From: an uncultured Nitrososphaerota archaeon
GTDB taxonomy: Archaea; Thermoproteota; Nitrososphaeria; Nitrososphaerales; CADDZS01
Assembly: GCA_963799845.1 (NCBI GenBank)
Contig: CAWCYI010000006.1
Coordinates: forward strand, 1,056,001 to 1,120,000
DNA length: 64,000 bases
Direction: 5' to 3'
Shown in pieces: positions 22,302 through 33,323 of this stretch (position 1 is its first letter; the number at the start of each line of letters is the position of its first letter). The translations under genes and the position numbers were made by a program. The notes under the pieces were generated by a model. That model did no database searches. It saw nothing but the letters and a program-made list of their open reading frames with translations, and had not been told where the DNA came from.

Positions 22302-24417
22302 CTATGGTTGGCAGTCAACAGGCTGGCCAGGAGGAGTGACAGTGTTGAAGATGGGCGCGGTGTCAGCTCCGCTCCACATGGCGTCGAAGCAGAACCCGCC
22401 GACGGTACTTTTCTGGAATGCCACAGAGCCGTCTCCCGTCACCAACTTCAGTACTCCAATCCATATGAATGGAGCCTGATCGTAGACGCTTTGCTGGGCC
22501 GCCATTCCGAGCTGGGCTAAAGTCTGATTACCAGTACTACCTCCGAGTAGAGCATTTACGTATGCCACAGTCGCGTTGCTCTGCCAGCCCGAAAATTCAT
22601 TGGGGCAATATGCCGAGCTTTTGCACACTGTGAATTCCGCCCAATTGTCTATCGGTGTATTTTGGACTTGCCCATAGCTGGGTATACCATTGAACGCGAT
22701 GTTAGCGACCTCGGATGAGTTTGAGACTATGTCCACAGAATTGTAGAAGTTCATGTACGTCGGGTACGAGTAGACTTGAAGGTTGAGAGTTATGCCCAGA
22801 TTCGTAGCCAGCTGCGACTGGATGAAGCTCGCTATATTGGTCAATACGGTATAACCTGAGACCAAGGACACCGTTATAGTAGGGAAGGGGTTGCTGGAAT
22901 TGAAGCCGGCGTTTGTCAGCAGTTGCTGCGCGAGCGTCGTGTTGAAGGAGTATTGAGAATAGTTCCCGGGGTCATAGGCGCCGTTGCTGCTGAACCCAGG
23001 CGTCGAAGGTCCGACATATGGAGTAATTGCTCCCTGAGGAAAGACCACCTGGTCCAACAGCGTGTAATTGATCGCATGTTCGATTGCAAGTCTCACGTCC
23101 GTGATGTTAGTTGGATACCAATTAACGTTGAATGCAAGAAATGAAACGATGTTCGCCCAAGGCGGGAACTGAACCCAACCGTAGGTATTCGTGTTGCTCG
23201 TTATCAGGTTCCAGTCCGCAGACTCGATAGAAGCAATCTGTACTGCCCCTTTCGAGAGATCTGTGTATCTGGCGAGGTCATCCGCCTTATAGTACATTAT
23301 CACTTGCTTATAGTGACCCGGATCGAGAAGTGGGTTCACAGCCACCTGTCCCGCAGTAAGACTATTGCCCCAATAGTCCGGGTTCTGTGTGAACGTTACG
23401 TAGGCGTTCTGGACATAGGTGGTGATGTCGTAGGGACCCGTTCCCGGTACCGCGTTGTTTGAATAGTAACCAAATGCGGGAGTCCCATAAGCCGGGGGAC
23501 CACCGTGATTCATCACATATTGTGCGTCATAGACTTCGCCATCCAACCCGCTGAGTACTCCCAGTAAATACTGAAAAGCCAAGGTAGTGTGGAAGACCAG
23601 CGTGTACGGACCAATCACGTAGATGGGGAGGCTCCTGTTCGACATGTACGCCAATGCTGCCGCTGAAGGATCCGCGAGGCTAGACTGATTGAACATCTGG
23701 ATTGTGGCGGGACCGAAGGGGGCCATGGTAGAGAAGTTGAAGATGCCGGGATATGAATATGCAAACGCGAAAGTGACGTTATCAAACACAAAGTATGAAG
23801 TGTAGAATTGGAACCAAGCCGTGTACGCGTTGAAAGGATCACCATTCGAGAAAGTCACGTTCTGTCTGAGGTTGAACGTGTAGTTCAGACCAGCACCCTC
23901 TGGCGATACCGTCCAATTCAATGCAAGGCCGGGAAGGTCAGCTGTACGCACCGTTCTGATATTCCGCGTTTATGTTTGGGTCAACGAGCGGCTGATAGAC
24001 GTCGGACTCCCCCCAATTGGGATAGGTGAGACCGGGGAACAAGACGTTTAGGTTGTAGCTCGGCCAGAACGCGTCGTCAATATTTAACGTGCCTGAGGGT
24101 GCCGAGGTAGTTGACGAAGAGAGTGTTGAGGAAGATGTTGTTAAAGTTGTTAAGGAAGCGGGTGCCGAGGTAGTTGACGAAGAGAGTGTTGAGGAAGATG
24201 TTGTTAAAGTTGTTAAGGAAGCGGGTGCCGAGGTAGTTGACGAAGAGAGTGTTGAGGAAGATGTTGTTAAAGTTGTTAAGGAAGCGGGTGTTGACTTGGG
24301 GGTTACAGCAAAATATGCCACAGCACCAGCGAGAACGATAATCACGATAACAATTAGTGCCGTTACCGTTCGCGATATGGCTCGTGACGAGCTGCCGCTC
24401 AAGCTTTTGACGCGCAA
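22302..24417 (-). CDS. ABC transporter substrate-binding protein, family 5 (apparent +1 frameshift at 23938-23943)
   Basis: Class-III-like signal RAISRT plus TM helix; S/T linker; YQPLVD..PGLALNW..YTFNLRQNVTFSNGDPFNA, GTGPY and VRLAIEHAIN. Confidence 0.9.
24097..24290. repeat. Perfect 63-bp tandem repeat x3 encoding the S/T-rich linker PASLTTLTTSSSTLSSSTTSA
   Basis: Identical units start at 24097, 24160 and 24223. Confidence 0.97.
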
Positions 24418-24805
24418 GATTTACGACAACACACGGTGCTCTATTATTTGTATGTTGCTAATGAGTTGGCTTCTCCCGTTTTAAGTCAGCATTGTGTTTG
24501 CCCGGGCAACTTACAAGGCGGCAACCGAAAGAAGGACCGTAAGAATAGACGAAGTAAGGTAACACATCAGTCATGATACTGGCGCATAATCGCATTAGCT
24601 AAATAGTTGAAGCATCATTATTGGAAAGGGTAACAATTTTGAGTATACGACTCTGTTAGAGGTCTTTCTTACGCAGGGATTTGTTATTCATAACTTCGCG
24701 AATTGAAGGATAACAATGCTTTTCCTTAGTTTAGTGCTGACATCTTGGAGAAAAATCCATTCCAAAGATGCTCCCGAGCCACGATAATGAATTTGGGAAT
24801 ACATC

Positions 24806-26497
24806 ATGACTTCGGAAATATTGTCGGACCCACTAAATTCAGATTCTAATCGGCTTGTCGCTATTTCTGATGCAGCTAGATTGTCATATGATGTTCTGAT
24901 TGTAGGTGGTGGAATAGTTGGAACAGGAATAGCCCGAGACGCCAGCATGCGCGGGATGTCAGTCGTCCTCTTTGATGGTCAGGACCTTTCATCGGGAACA
25001 AGCAGTAAGTCAAGTCGACTGATTCACGGAGGTTTGAGATACTTGGACACCTACGACTTTGGTCTGGTGTACAAAGATCTTCACGAAAGAGAAAAGTTAC
25101 TCCATATCGCTCCTCATCTAATCCATCCGTTGAGGTTCGTTGTTCCAAATTACGATCAGAGTACATCCCACAGGCTTCGCTTGAGGATCGGCATGACCCT
25201 TTACGACCTTCTTTCGATGGGGAAGACACTACCTTCCCATCAGATGCTTTCCTCAGATCAAGTAATTCAAATCGAGCGAAGCCTAAGAAAAGAAGAATTG
25301 CAGAATGGTGCCCTCTTTTACGATTGCCAGGCACCATTTGTTGAACGGCTATCAATCGAGAATGCCCTCTCGGCGACCGAAAATGGAGCAAAGATTTTCA
25401 CTTACGCTCAGGTCATCGGCTTTGATTCAGGAAAAAGTGGTTCGAGCATTGTGCAGGTGGAAGACGGCCTCTCTGGAGAGAAATTTAGCTTTCGCGCTCG
25501 ATGCGTAGTTAACGCGACTGGACCCTGGGCTGACTTGACACTTCATGCCTTTGAGGAAAAAAATAGCCTGAACAGACTTAGGACTACAAAGGGAATTCAT
25601 GTTGTCGTTCCACGATTGAATGAGAATGCCGTAGTTCTCTACTCCAAGTCAGACGACAGACTTCTCTTCGTGATTCCATGGCTAAATTACTCTCTGATTG
25701 GAACGACCGACACAGATTATTCCGACGATCCCGCTAAAGTCTGTCCTGATTCAAATGACATAGAATACCTAGTGAAGGAAACCGCCAAGGCGATACCGGG
25801 CGTCTCTGCTGACAAAATTCTCTTTACATATGCAGGAGTTAGGCCCCTCGTTCGCTCCGGTCGGGGTAAAAAAGAATCTTCTGTTTCTAGAAACTACAGA
25901 ATAATTGATCATTACTCGAAAAACAGGAGCGGTGGACTTATTTCACTCCTCGGCGTCAAGATAACTTCGTATCGAAGAGCATCAGAAGATGCGACTGATC
26001 TTATCTCTAGAAAGCTAAAAAACGTTAGGAAGTGTTCAACAGATATTGAACCATTGCCGGGAGGAAAGGGCATCGCTGATTACGAAGAATTTGTGAGCAT
26101 CTATTCTACTAAATTGAGAAAATATGGACTGGATGAAAAACAGATTCCTCATCTTTTGGGACTTTACGGAAGCCGCATGTCAGAGGTCACGGATATTATA
26201 GATAAGGATAAACCTCTCGTGAACAGGATCTGCCCTAACAACCCTGATGTGGAAGCACAAATAGTCTTGTCCGTAAAAAGTGAATTTGCGATCTCAGTCT
26301 CGGATTTTATGATGAGAAGAGCCCCGATTGCTTTCGGTGCCTGTCGAGGTCTAGATTGTGCAGAAACCGTTGCCCGTTGTATGGGTCGATTATTGAATTG
26401 GAGCGAAGAATCAACTCGATTTCAAGTTGAATCGTACAAGATGGAAGTAGATTCAAGAATTCCGCTCAGTTTTGGGCCCAAGAGAGCGAGCGGCTAA
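24806..26497 (+). CDS. glpD: FAD-dependent glycerol-3-phosphate dehydrogenase (GlpD/GlpA family)
   Basis: GGGIVG, GTSSKSSRLIHGGLRYL, NATGPWAD, KGIH, IGTTD and AGVRPL. Confidence 0.9.
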   Translation: MTSEILSDPLNSDSNRLVAISDAARLSYDVLIVGGGIVGTGIARDASMRGMSVVLFDGQDLSSGTSSKSSRLIHGGLRYLDTYDFGLVYKDLHEREKLLHIAPHLIHPLRFVVPNYDQSTSHRLRLRIGMTLYDLLSMGKTLPSHQMLSSDQVIQIERSLRKEELQNGALFYDCQAPFVERLSIENALSATENGAKIFTYAQVIGFDSGKSGSSIVQVEDGLSGEKFSFRARCVVNATGPWADLTLHAFEEKNSLNRLRTTKGIHVVVPRLNENAVVLYSKSDDRLLFVIPWLNYSLIGTTDTDYSDDPAKVCPDSNDIEYLVKETAKAIPGVSADKILFTYAGVRPLVRSGRGKKESSVSRNYRIIDHYSKNRSGGLISLLGVKITSYRRASEDATDLISRKLKNVRKCSTDIEPLPGGKGIADYEEFVSIYSTKLRKYGLDEKQIPHLLGLYGSRMSEVTDIIDKDKPLVNRICPNNPDVEAQIVLSVKSEFAISVSDFMMRRAPIAFGACRGLDCAETVARCMGRLLNWSEESTRFQVESYKMEVDSRIPLSFGPKRASG

Positions 26498-27971
26498 CCG
26501 CATCTTTCCACTTATCGTAAAGGCGATTACTTACTGCCTTAGTCATTCTCGGGGTAAACTCCTTATCCAGCTTCCATGATTTTGAGATTTCGTCCAAGCT
26601 TTTCCAGATTCCCGTCGACAATCCGGCGAGCAATGCAGCTCCGGAGGCAGTAGTCTCCGTCAAAAGAGGACGCTGAATTTTCACTCCCAAAATGTCCGAC
26701 TGGAACTGCATTAAGAAATCATTGGATGAGCCGCCGCCATCCGCCCTCAATACCTTAATTTCAAAATTAATGGCGTGCTTCAAACTCTCAAACACGTCTC
26801 TTGTTTGATAACAAATTGCTTCAATCGCGGATCTATACAGATGCTCTCTTGTAGTACCCCGCGTAATTCCGATAATGAGCCCCCGAGCCGTAGAATCCCA
26901 ATACGGAGCACCCAATCCTGTCAAGGCGGGGACAAAGTAAACTCCTTCATTAGAATCCAATTTTCTGGAAATTTTGAGGAAATCAGAGGATTTCCAAGAA
27001 ATTTTGAGCCCCTCCCGAAGCCATTGGAGCCCCGCGCCGGCGACCAGAACGCTTCCCTCCACGGCGTACGTCACATCGTTTCTACTCAGGCCCCATGCGA
27101 TCGTGCTCAACAAACCGTTCGGTGGATTCGAAATTCGCTGGCCAGTATTAGCGAGCAGAAAGCATCCAGTCCCGTAAGTGTTTTTCGCGAGCCCACGCCA
27201 AAACGCCGCCTGTCCGAAAAGAGATGCCTGCTGATCACCGATTACTGCTTCGATCGGAAGCCTTCTTCCAAAATATTTCTCGTTGCTTTCCCCGAAGGCA
27301 TGACTGGAGGGATGCGCCTCGGGCAAAATTTCGGGAGGAATTTTGAATAGCCTTAGTAATTCATCGTCCCAACAGAGTTTGTTTACGTCAAAAACCATAG
27401 TCCTCGACGCATTGGTATAGTCTGTTGCGTGAACAGAACCATTGGTGAGCCTAGAGAGCAAGAAGGAATCAACTGTTCCAAAATGAATTTCCCCTTTTTC
27501 CGCTCTCTTTCTTAACTTGGGAGACCTGTCAAGCAACCAACAAATCTTTGCGGCCGAAAAGTATGGATCTATTACTAGTCCAGTTTTTTTCCGGACGAGA
27601 TCAGAATATCCGGCCTCTCGGAATTCTTCACAAATTCTGTCAGCTCGTCGATCTTGCCATACGATAGCTTTGCTGACCGGCTCTAAAGTTCGTTTGTCCC
27701 AGAAGAGAGTCGTCTCCCGCTGGTTTGTTATTGCAATCGCTGTAATATTCTGTAGAGGGGCTTTCGAAATTGCGTCCCTGGCTGCGCGAATCTCCGTCTT
27801 CCAAATTTTCTCAGGATCCTGCTCCACCCAGCCAGGCTTTGGATACTCTTGTTCCAGTTCTCGCCTTGCTATCGACACAACCGATCCGGAGCCCGAAAAA
27901 AGAACAGCTTTAGAGTTGGTGGTACCCTGATCTAGCGATAGAAGCAAGTTGACGGGACCACGCGCGCTCAA
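26466..27971 (-). CDS. glpK: Glycerol kinase (FGGY family)
   Basis: LDQGTT, ITNQRETT, WQDRR, DPYFSA, TDYTNASRT, GDQQA, KNTYGTG and GLGAPYW; start placed at TTG 27971. Confidence 0.92.
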   Translation of the reverse strand: MSARGPVNLLLSLDQGTTNSKAVLFSGSGSVVSIARRELEQEYPKPGWVEQDPEKIWKTEIRAARDAISKAPLQNITAIAITNQRETTLFWDKRTLEPVSKAIVWQDRRADRICEEFREAGYSDLVRKKTGLVIDPYFSAAKICWLLDRSPKLRKRAEKGEIHFGTVDSFLLSRLTNGSVHATDYTNASRTMVFDVNKLCWDDELLRLFKIPPEILPEAHPSSHAFGESNEKYFGRRLPIEAVIGDQQASLFGQAAFWRGLAKNTYGTGCFLLANTGQRISNPPNGLLSTIAWGLSRNDVTYAVEGSVLVAGAGLQWLREGLKISWKSSDFLKISRKLDSNEGVYFVPALTGLGAPYWDSTARGLIIGITRGTTREHLYRSAIEAICYQTRDVFESLKHAINFEIKVLRADGGGSSNDFLMQFQSDILGVKIQRPLLTETTASGAALLAGLSTGIWKSLDEISKSWKLDKEFTPRMTKAVSNRLYDKWKDAVSRSLSWAQN

Positions 27972-28045
27972 AAGTGGCTGACCTAAACTTTCCTGAAGGA
28001 TTTCTGGCAAGAATAAATAATCCAATCGAAATTTGTGAGTTCGAT

Positions 28046-29107
28046 ATGGATAAGGTAAGAATCGGACTGATCGGTGCTGGAATCATGGGCTCGTACGGCC
28101 ATTTCCCTGGATACATGGAAATTCCAACGAAAGCAAAGGTTGTTGCGATCTGCGACAAAAATCCCAAGGCAGTCGCAAACCTGGTTGAAAAGTCTGGGGC
28201 GAAGGGCTATTCGAGTTTTGAAGTTCTACTGAACGATTCGAATGTGGACGCGGTCGACATTTGCTTGCCTCATAATCTACATGGTCCGGTCGCGCTCTCT
28301 GCTTTGAAGGCGGGAAAGCACGTTATTGTAGAAAAGCCGTTTACAATTAACCTTGCGGAGGCTGATCAAATAATCAATGAGGCAAAATCGAGGGGGCTCA
28401 AGCTGATGGTTGCTGAAAACATGCGGTTCATAAAGGCTTACGACATCGCAAAGCGACTTGTTGACTCAAAAGTGATCGGCGAAATCTGCTACGTGCGAGG
28501 TTACACTGGAGGCCCAAATGAAGAATCTAATGACCCCTCCAACTGGAGAATTAGGGCATCGGAAGCCGGAGGAGGAACGATTATGGATGATGGAATCCAT
28601 TGTTTTTACCTGTTCAGATGGTTCGTCGGCGAAGTGAAAAGTATCTATGCCGTTACGACCAAGTATAGGAAAAGTGGTATCAGCGAAGTCGAGGATAATG
28701 CTGTGGGAACCCTCAGATTTGCGAATGGCGCTCTCGGCATCTTTGGATTTTCGACTACGACCGATTCTCCATGGACTGAAGAATTACAACTGTTCGGTAC
28801 GAAAGGGTCTATCTTCGTTGATTTCCTCGCATCAAATCCCCTCCGGGTATTTTCCACTGTTGAGAGATCTACTAACACTTCAGACTGGTGGAGTAGATAT
28901 GGAGATGTATCGTGGGAATACCCTTTTGTCGAGCATTCTACAACCGAATGGGTGACCTCGTCGATGCGGCGAGAAGTTCAGCATTTCGTGGATTGCATTC
29001 TGAACAACAAGGAACCGCTAGTAACGGGTGAAGATGGCAGAAAAGCGGTCGAGCTTTGCCTTAAAGCATACGAATCAGCGCGGATTGGAAAGGAAGTTTC
29101 AATCTAG
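28046..29107 (+). CDS. Gfo/Idh/MocA oxidoreductase
   Basis: GLIGAGIMG, GKHVIVEKP and GGGTIMDDGIH. Confidence 0.92.
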   Translation: MDKVRIGLIGAGIMGSYGHFPGYMEIPTKAKVVAICDKNPKAVANLVEKSGAKGYSSFEVLLNDSNVDAVDICLPHNLHGPVALSALKAGKHVIVEKPFTINLAEADQIINEAKSRGLKLMVAENMRFIKAYDIAKRLVDSKVIGEICYVRGYTGGPNEESNDPSNWRIRASEAGGGTIMDDGIHCFYLFRWFVGEVKSIYAVTTKYRKSGISEVEDNAVGTLRFANGALGIFGFSTTTDSPWTEELQLFGTKGSIFVDFLASNPLRVFSTVERSTNTSDWWSRYGDVSWEYPFVEHSTTEWVTSSMRREVQHFVDCILNNKEPLVTGEDGRKAVELCLKAYESARIGKEVSI

Positions 29108-29179
29108 CTCGATTTATCTCAAGGAATTCTAACTTGATGTATCATTCCTTCTAACTTTCTGGGAGTAAAATCATCCACG

Positions 29180-30001
29180 ATGCGGCTTGCTTTTGATACT
29201 AGCCTTCTAAGATCCATCCCGCTTGAAAGAGCCTTCGAGGAAATCTCAAAGGCAGGGTACACTCATATAGAGATTGGGCTCGCCCACTTCAGTGCCTCTG
29301 AATCAACCGACGAAGATGCCGCATCTTTGAGGGATGCACTTTCTAGAAACCACCTCAATTTAGCGGCACTCTGCGGCATCTACCCGCTTTCGTACCCCGA
29401 AGAGGAGGTCAGAGCGGCCGGAGTACAGCTCTATCTTAGGGCAATAGACAGAGCGCAGAGTTTAGGTTGCAAATTACTCGTTTCGGAACTAAATGGCGAT
29501 ATGGATCATAGATCTGAGAGCCAGCTTGCTTTTTTGAAGTCGTTCGATGAAATTCGTCCACATTTGGAAAAAACCGATGTAATACTTTGCTTTGAAGCAC
29601 ATCCAGGAGATTTTGTCGAATCCAATACTCTTGCCGTTGACCTGATCAAGAAGGTAAACTCAAACCAGTTACGATATCTTTTCTGCGCTCCGCATAGCTT
29701 CATTCTCGGTCGAAACATTTCCGAAATGGTGGAATATTCCAAGGAATTCATTGGATATGTCCACTTTGCCGATTCGCTTCGTCCAGAGAAAACGTTCTTT
29801 TCGGGGCGCTACTTTCCGAAAGTATTACCACACCAGCATCTTCTTCCGGGACTAGGCGATGTCGATCTTAAGAGCCTAGTTACGGTTCTGGAAGAGCTGA
29901 ATTATGGCGGATTCATCACGGTCAATCCGTTTTCGCATTTCGATCATCCAATCGAGTCGATGAAGGATTCAAAGTCGAAGACTGACGCTCTTCTAATCTA
30001 A
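29180..30001 (+). CDS. Sugar phosphate isomerase/epimerase (AP endonuclease 2 TIM barrel; IolH-like)
   Basis: FEAHPGDF, CAPHSF, VHFADS and HQHLLPGLGDVD. Confidence 0.82.
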   Translation: MRLAFDTSLLRSIPLERAFEEISKAGYTHIEIGLAHFSASESTDEDAASLRDALSRNHLNLAALCGIYPLSYPEEEVRAAGVQLYLRAIDRAQSLGCKLLVSELNGDMDHRSESQLAFLKSFDEIRPHLEKTDVILCFEAHPGDFVESNTLAVDLIKKVNSNQLRYLFCAPHSFILGRNISEMVEYSKEFIGYVHFADSLRPEKTFFSGRYFPKVLPHQHLLPGLGDVDLKSLVTVLEELNYGGFITVNPFSHFDHPIESMKDSKSKTDALLI

Positions 30002-30774
30002 AACTTTCCCTCTACTAGGTATTTTGAAGCACTGAATCCACCATCAACAGGCAGCGTGACTCCCGCGATGAACGACGCATCCTCAGAAGCAAGAAAAGCG
30101 ACGGCTTTTGCGATATCTTCTGGAGTCCCAGACCTTTTTACAGGAGTGTTCGCCACCATCCACGAGGAGCTCCGGGAATCCTTGTCGATCTCCTTCATCA
30201 TTCCTGTGCCAGGGACAAAACCCGGGGCGACAGCATTAACATTGATCTCAGGCCCAAGCTCGACCGCGAGAGATCGAGTCAACTGGATAATACCACCCTT
30301 CGACGCGCCGTAAGCGGCTCGCCTATTCTGCCCCAAAAGTCCGCTGATTGAGGCGATATTGACTACCTTGCCTCTCCCCTTTTCGAGCATCATCGGAGCT
30401 ACAGCCTTTACCATGTAGAACATTCCGGTCAAATTTACTCCAATAGTTCGATTCCACTCTTCATTGGGTATTTCGAGAACTTTCCTTACATATCTAATGC
30501 CAGCGTTGTTTACAAGAATATCTACCATGCCCAGATCCTTTCTGACAAGCGAAACGTTTTGCGTCACACTTTCGTAGCTTGCGACGTCGGTTTTGTACGA
30601 CTTTGATATTCCTCCCGCCTTTGTTATGATTTCTTCGGTATCCTTGGCCGTTAATTCATCAAGGTCAAAAATGGCAACTTTTGCTCCACATTTTGCAAAG
30701 TGCTCCGCTATGCCTCGCCCGATTCCGAATCCGGCACCAGTAACTAAGACGGTTTGATTTTCAAACTTATTCAA
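29998..30774 (-). CDS. Short-chain dehydrogenase/reductase
   Basis: TGAGFGIG, NNAG, YGASK and VDGG. Confidence 0.93.
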   Translation of the reverse strand: MNKFENQTVLVTGAGFGIGRGIAEHFAKCGAKVAIFDLDELTAKDTEEIITKAGGISKSYKTDVASYESVTQNVSLVRKDLGMVDILVNNAGIRYVRKVLEIPNEEWNRTIGVNLTGMFYMVKAVAPMMLEKGRGKVVNIASISGLLGQNRRAAYGASKGGIIQLTRSLAVELGPEINVNAVAPGFVPGTGMMKEIDKDSRSSSWMVANTPVKRSGTPEDIAKAVAFLASEDASFIAGVTLPVDGGFSASKYLVEGKF

Positions 30775-30993
30775 GGGATTTCTGAAATCCGATCGTCTGC
30801 GAAGATAAAAACTTTGGATGTGAAATACAATTCTAATTTTTAGTCGAAACGGTTCAGATTATCAATAGATTGTAAGCAAGAGCTAGTTGGCAATGGCTAC
30901 TTTTCATTCTAAGATCGCTTCAATTTCATCATACCCAAAGTGTTGGCGGCAAATGCTTGATAAAGGCAAGAGTTTCTTGCGTCATCGCCTTAC

Positions 30994-32115
30994 ATGGCCT
31001 TGATCAAACCTCTCGGATACAGTCCTGACCGATGCCGTAGACTTTTGGAGGAGCGAGCGCTTTCGGGAATCATTCTTACTTCTAACGACAACGTGTTCTA
31101 TTCGACAGGGCTTCCTGTAACGAGAGGACACCAGAATCCAATTCTCTTTGCACTGTCCAACAAGTTCCCACCGTACTCGGTTATTAATTCTGATGGTATG
31201 CCGGCATCAATTGTCTGGGCTGGGGCAATTGGGCATCACGAGCTTTGGACAAAGGTGGTCTTGACTTCTTTCTTCCCTAACGGGACAACAGAAGAACTAG
31301 TTCAATATGTCGAACAGATTTTTCCGCGAGGATCTAGAATTGGAATCGAGTCTACAATGCCTTATCCCCTCGCCCAGGTGATCGAGAAGAAGATCGATGG
31401 AGTCGAGTTCATAGTTGTCGATGAGCTAATGGATGAACTTAGGTTAATCAAAAGCCCCGAGGAGATATCGAAGTTGAAAGATTCTCTTGAGATCGCCGAG
31501 GCGGTAGAGGAGACCATTTTTTCTGAAATGACTTCGGCTTGGAGTGTTTTCAAACTTGTTTCCAGATCGAAGCAATTGATCTATGAGTTAGGCGGAACCG
31601 GAGTCGACCACGCGACGATAGCGATTGGGAAGAGCAATCCCGAGATACTCGAGGATTACGTAGGAGTCGCAGGAGACCTCGTAGTCCTTGATGTCGGAAG
31701 TATTCTGGATGGTTATGTGTCCGACACTAGGAGACTGGCGCATCTCGGCGAGATTCCAGTAGAACTAGCAGATCTTAACAAGACCATAGCCGACATTGTC
31801 ATGGAAACTGGCAAGTCTCTTCGGCCCGGACGTACTTTTTCAGAAATCTGTGCCGAAGTAGAAGCAAGATATCTGGAGCACGGGCGAGATCCTCTTTTCC
31901 TTAGCGCCGGGCACACTATTGGAATCCAGACAGAGGAAGTCTGGTTGACGAGGGAGTCGACCAGGAAAGTCCAAGAAAATATGATCTTTAACGTCGAACT
32001 GTACTCTTCATTAAAGCCTGGAGTGTATGTCGGAACGGAAGATACATTCTTGATTAATAGTTCTGGAGGAGAGAGGTTAACTCGTATCTCCCATGACTTA
32101 GTAAGAATTCGCTAA
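30994..32115 (+). CDS. M24-family (Xaa-Pro peptidase/creatinase fold) hydrolase
   Basis: RLIKSPEEI, LDVG..GYVSDTRR, GHTIG, NVE and TEDT. Confidence 0.85.
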   Translation: MALIKPLGYSPDRCRRLLEERALSGIILTSNDNVFYSTGLPVTRGHQNPILFALSNKFPPYSVINSDGMPASIVWAGAIGHHELWTKVVLTSFFPNGTTEELVQYVEQIFPRGSRIGIESTMPYPLAQVIEKKIDGVEFIVVDELMDELRLIKSPEEISKLKDSLEIAEAVEETIFSEMTSAWSVFKLVSRSKQLIYELGGTGVDHATIAIGKSNPEILEDYVGVAGDLVVLDVGSILDGYVSDTRRLAHLGEIPVELADLNKTIADIVMETGKSLRPGRTFSEICAEVEARYLEHGRDPLFLSAGHTIGIQTEEVWLTRESTRKVQENMIFNVELYSSLKPGVYVGTEDTFLINSSGGERLTRISHDLVRIR

Positions 32116-32116
32116 T

Positions 32117-33184
32117 CTAGATCATAACTTCTTTTCCTTGATTCGCAGATTCGTAGCACTTCAAAGAGATCTCGACGTCTCTCCGGCCGTCTTCACCTGT
32201 AACAAGGGGTTGTTTGTCCTCGAGGACACACTCGACAAAGTGTTGCACTTCTCTTCTCATTGAAGTTGGTTTCCATTCAAAGGCTGAATGAGAGATGTAT
32301 GGCTCCATCCACCCGACATCCCCATAGTACGACCACCACTCAGCCATGTCTTCAGACCTATTTTTCGTCGAAAACACCTGGATCGGTCTCTCCGAAAGCA
32401 TGTCGACTATGATAGAGCCTTTGGTACCGAATATTTCTAGTCGCTCCGTCCACGGAGCTTCTGTCGTATTCGAAACCGAAAAGTTTGCTATGGCGCCATC
32501 GACAAAGCGGATTGTCCCCATCGCATTGTCCTCCACATCCTGATAGAGATCTTTGAAAAAAGTCATTGTCGTCGCTTGAACGCTCTTCATCTCTCCGATC
32601 ATCCAACGTAGCAAGTAGAACGAATGAACACCGGCGTCAAACATCACTCCACCTCCCGCGGTGTTTTTCTTACCTATCCAGTTGTCCGGATCTGACAGAC
32701 GGATCCGTTCGGAGCCTCCCAGATATGTTCTCGCAAAACAAATCTCCCCGATAGACTCTTTTTCTACGAACTCGTGCGCCACCTGATAGGCACGGACAAA
32801 TCTCGTATTCTCTGCAACCATCAGCTTCACGCCTTTGTCCTTCGCCGCGCTAATGACAGCGTCAGCCTGTTCGAGAGTCGTCGTAAACGGTTTTTCGCAG
32901 ATAACGTTTTTTCCTGCTTTGACCGCAGCGAGCGCTATGCGTCCGTGCAAAAAGTGTGGGACGCATATATCGATGATGTCGATATCCGGGTCCGCAATTA
33001 TTTGATTGTAATCACTGTAGGTTTTTGCCCCGTGGAGCTTCGCCGGCTCATTTATCACGCCGGGATTGGTGTCACAAAAAGCCACCAGTTTTGCCTGTTC
33101 AGGTATCTCTTCGTATCCATGAAGATGCCCCCAAGTTCCAACTCCACCTAGTCCAATCATACCGACGCGTGCTTTATCCAACAA
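32117..33184 (-). CDS. Gfo/Idh/MocA oxidoreductase (close paralog of the 28046 gene)
   Basis: GLGGVG, ICEKP, MVAENTRF and DAGVH. Confidence 0.92.
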   Translation of the reverse strand: MLDKARVGMIGLGGVGTWGHLHGYEEIPEQAKLVAFCDTNPGVINEPAKLHGAKTYSDYNQIIADPDIDIIDICVPHFLHGRIALAAVKAGKNVICEKPFTTTLEQADAVISAAKDKGVKLMVAENTRFVRAYQVAHEFVEKESIGEICFARTYLGGSERIRLSDPDNWIGKKNTAGGGVMFDAGVHSFYLLRWMIGEMKSVQATTMTFFKDLYQDVEDNAMGTIRFVDGAIANFSVSNTTEAPWTERLEIFGTKGSIIVDMLSERPIQVFSTKNRSEDMAEWWSYYGDVGWMEPYISHSAFEWKPTSMRREVQHFVECVLEDKQPLVTGEDGRRDVEISLKCYESANQGKEVMI

Positions 33185-33323
33185 GAATCAGCCTTTGTCG
33201 GCAAAAAAAAAGTCGTGGCTTATTTATGTTGAACTCAGCATATCATTCATTTTTTCTCTGGGGCACATTCAGATTTTTATGCCACCTGATAGAATCTGAA
33301 TTTCATTTAGGGGAAGTTGAATA

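Noticed and set aside
24097-24290. Possible CRISPR array (also considered for 54834-55437 and 63047-63094)
   Set aside because: No unique spacers of regular length, too few units, and no cas genes.
24089-24484. Glu/Val-rich repeat ORF on the + strand
   Set aside because: Antisense shadow of the S/T linker repeat in the SBP gene.
27972-28045. Head-to-head overlap of glpK and the Gfo gene in the ORF track
   Set aside because: Caused by over-extended starts; homology begins near 27971 and 28046, leaving a normal divergent promoter.
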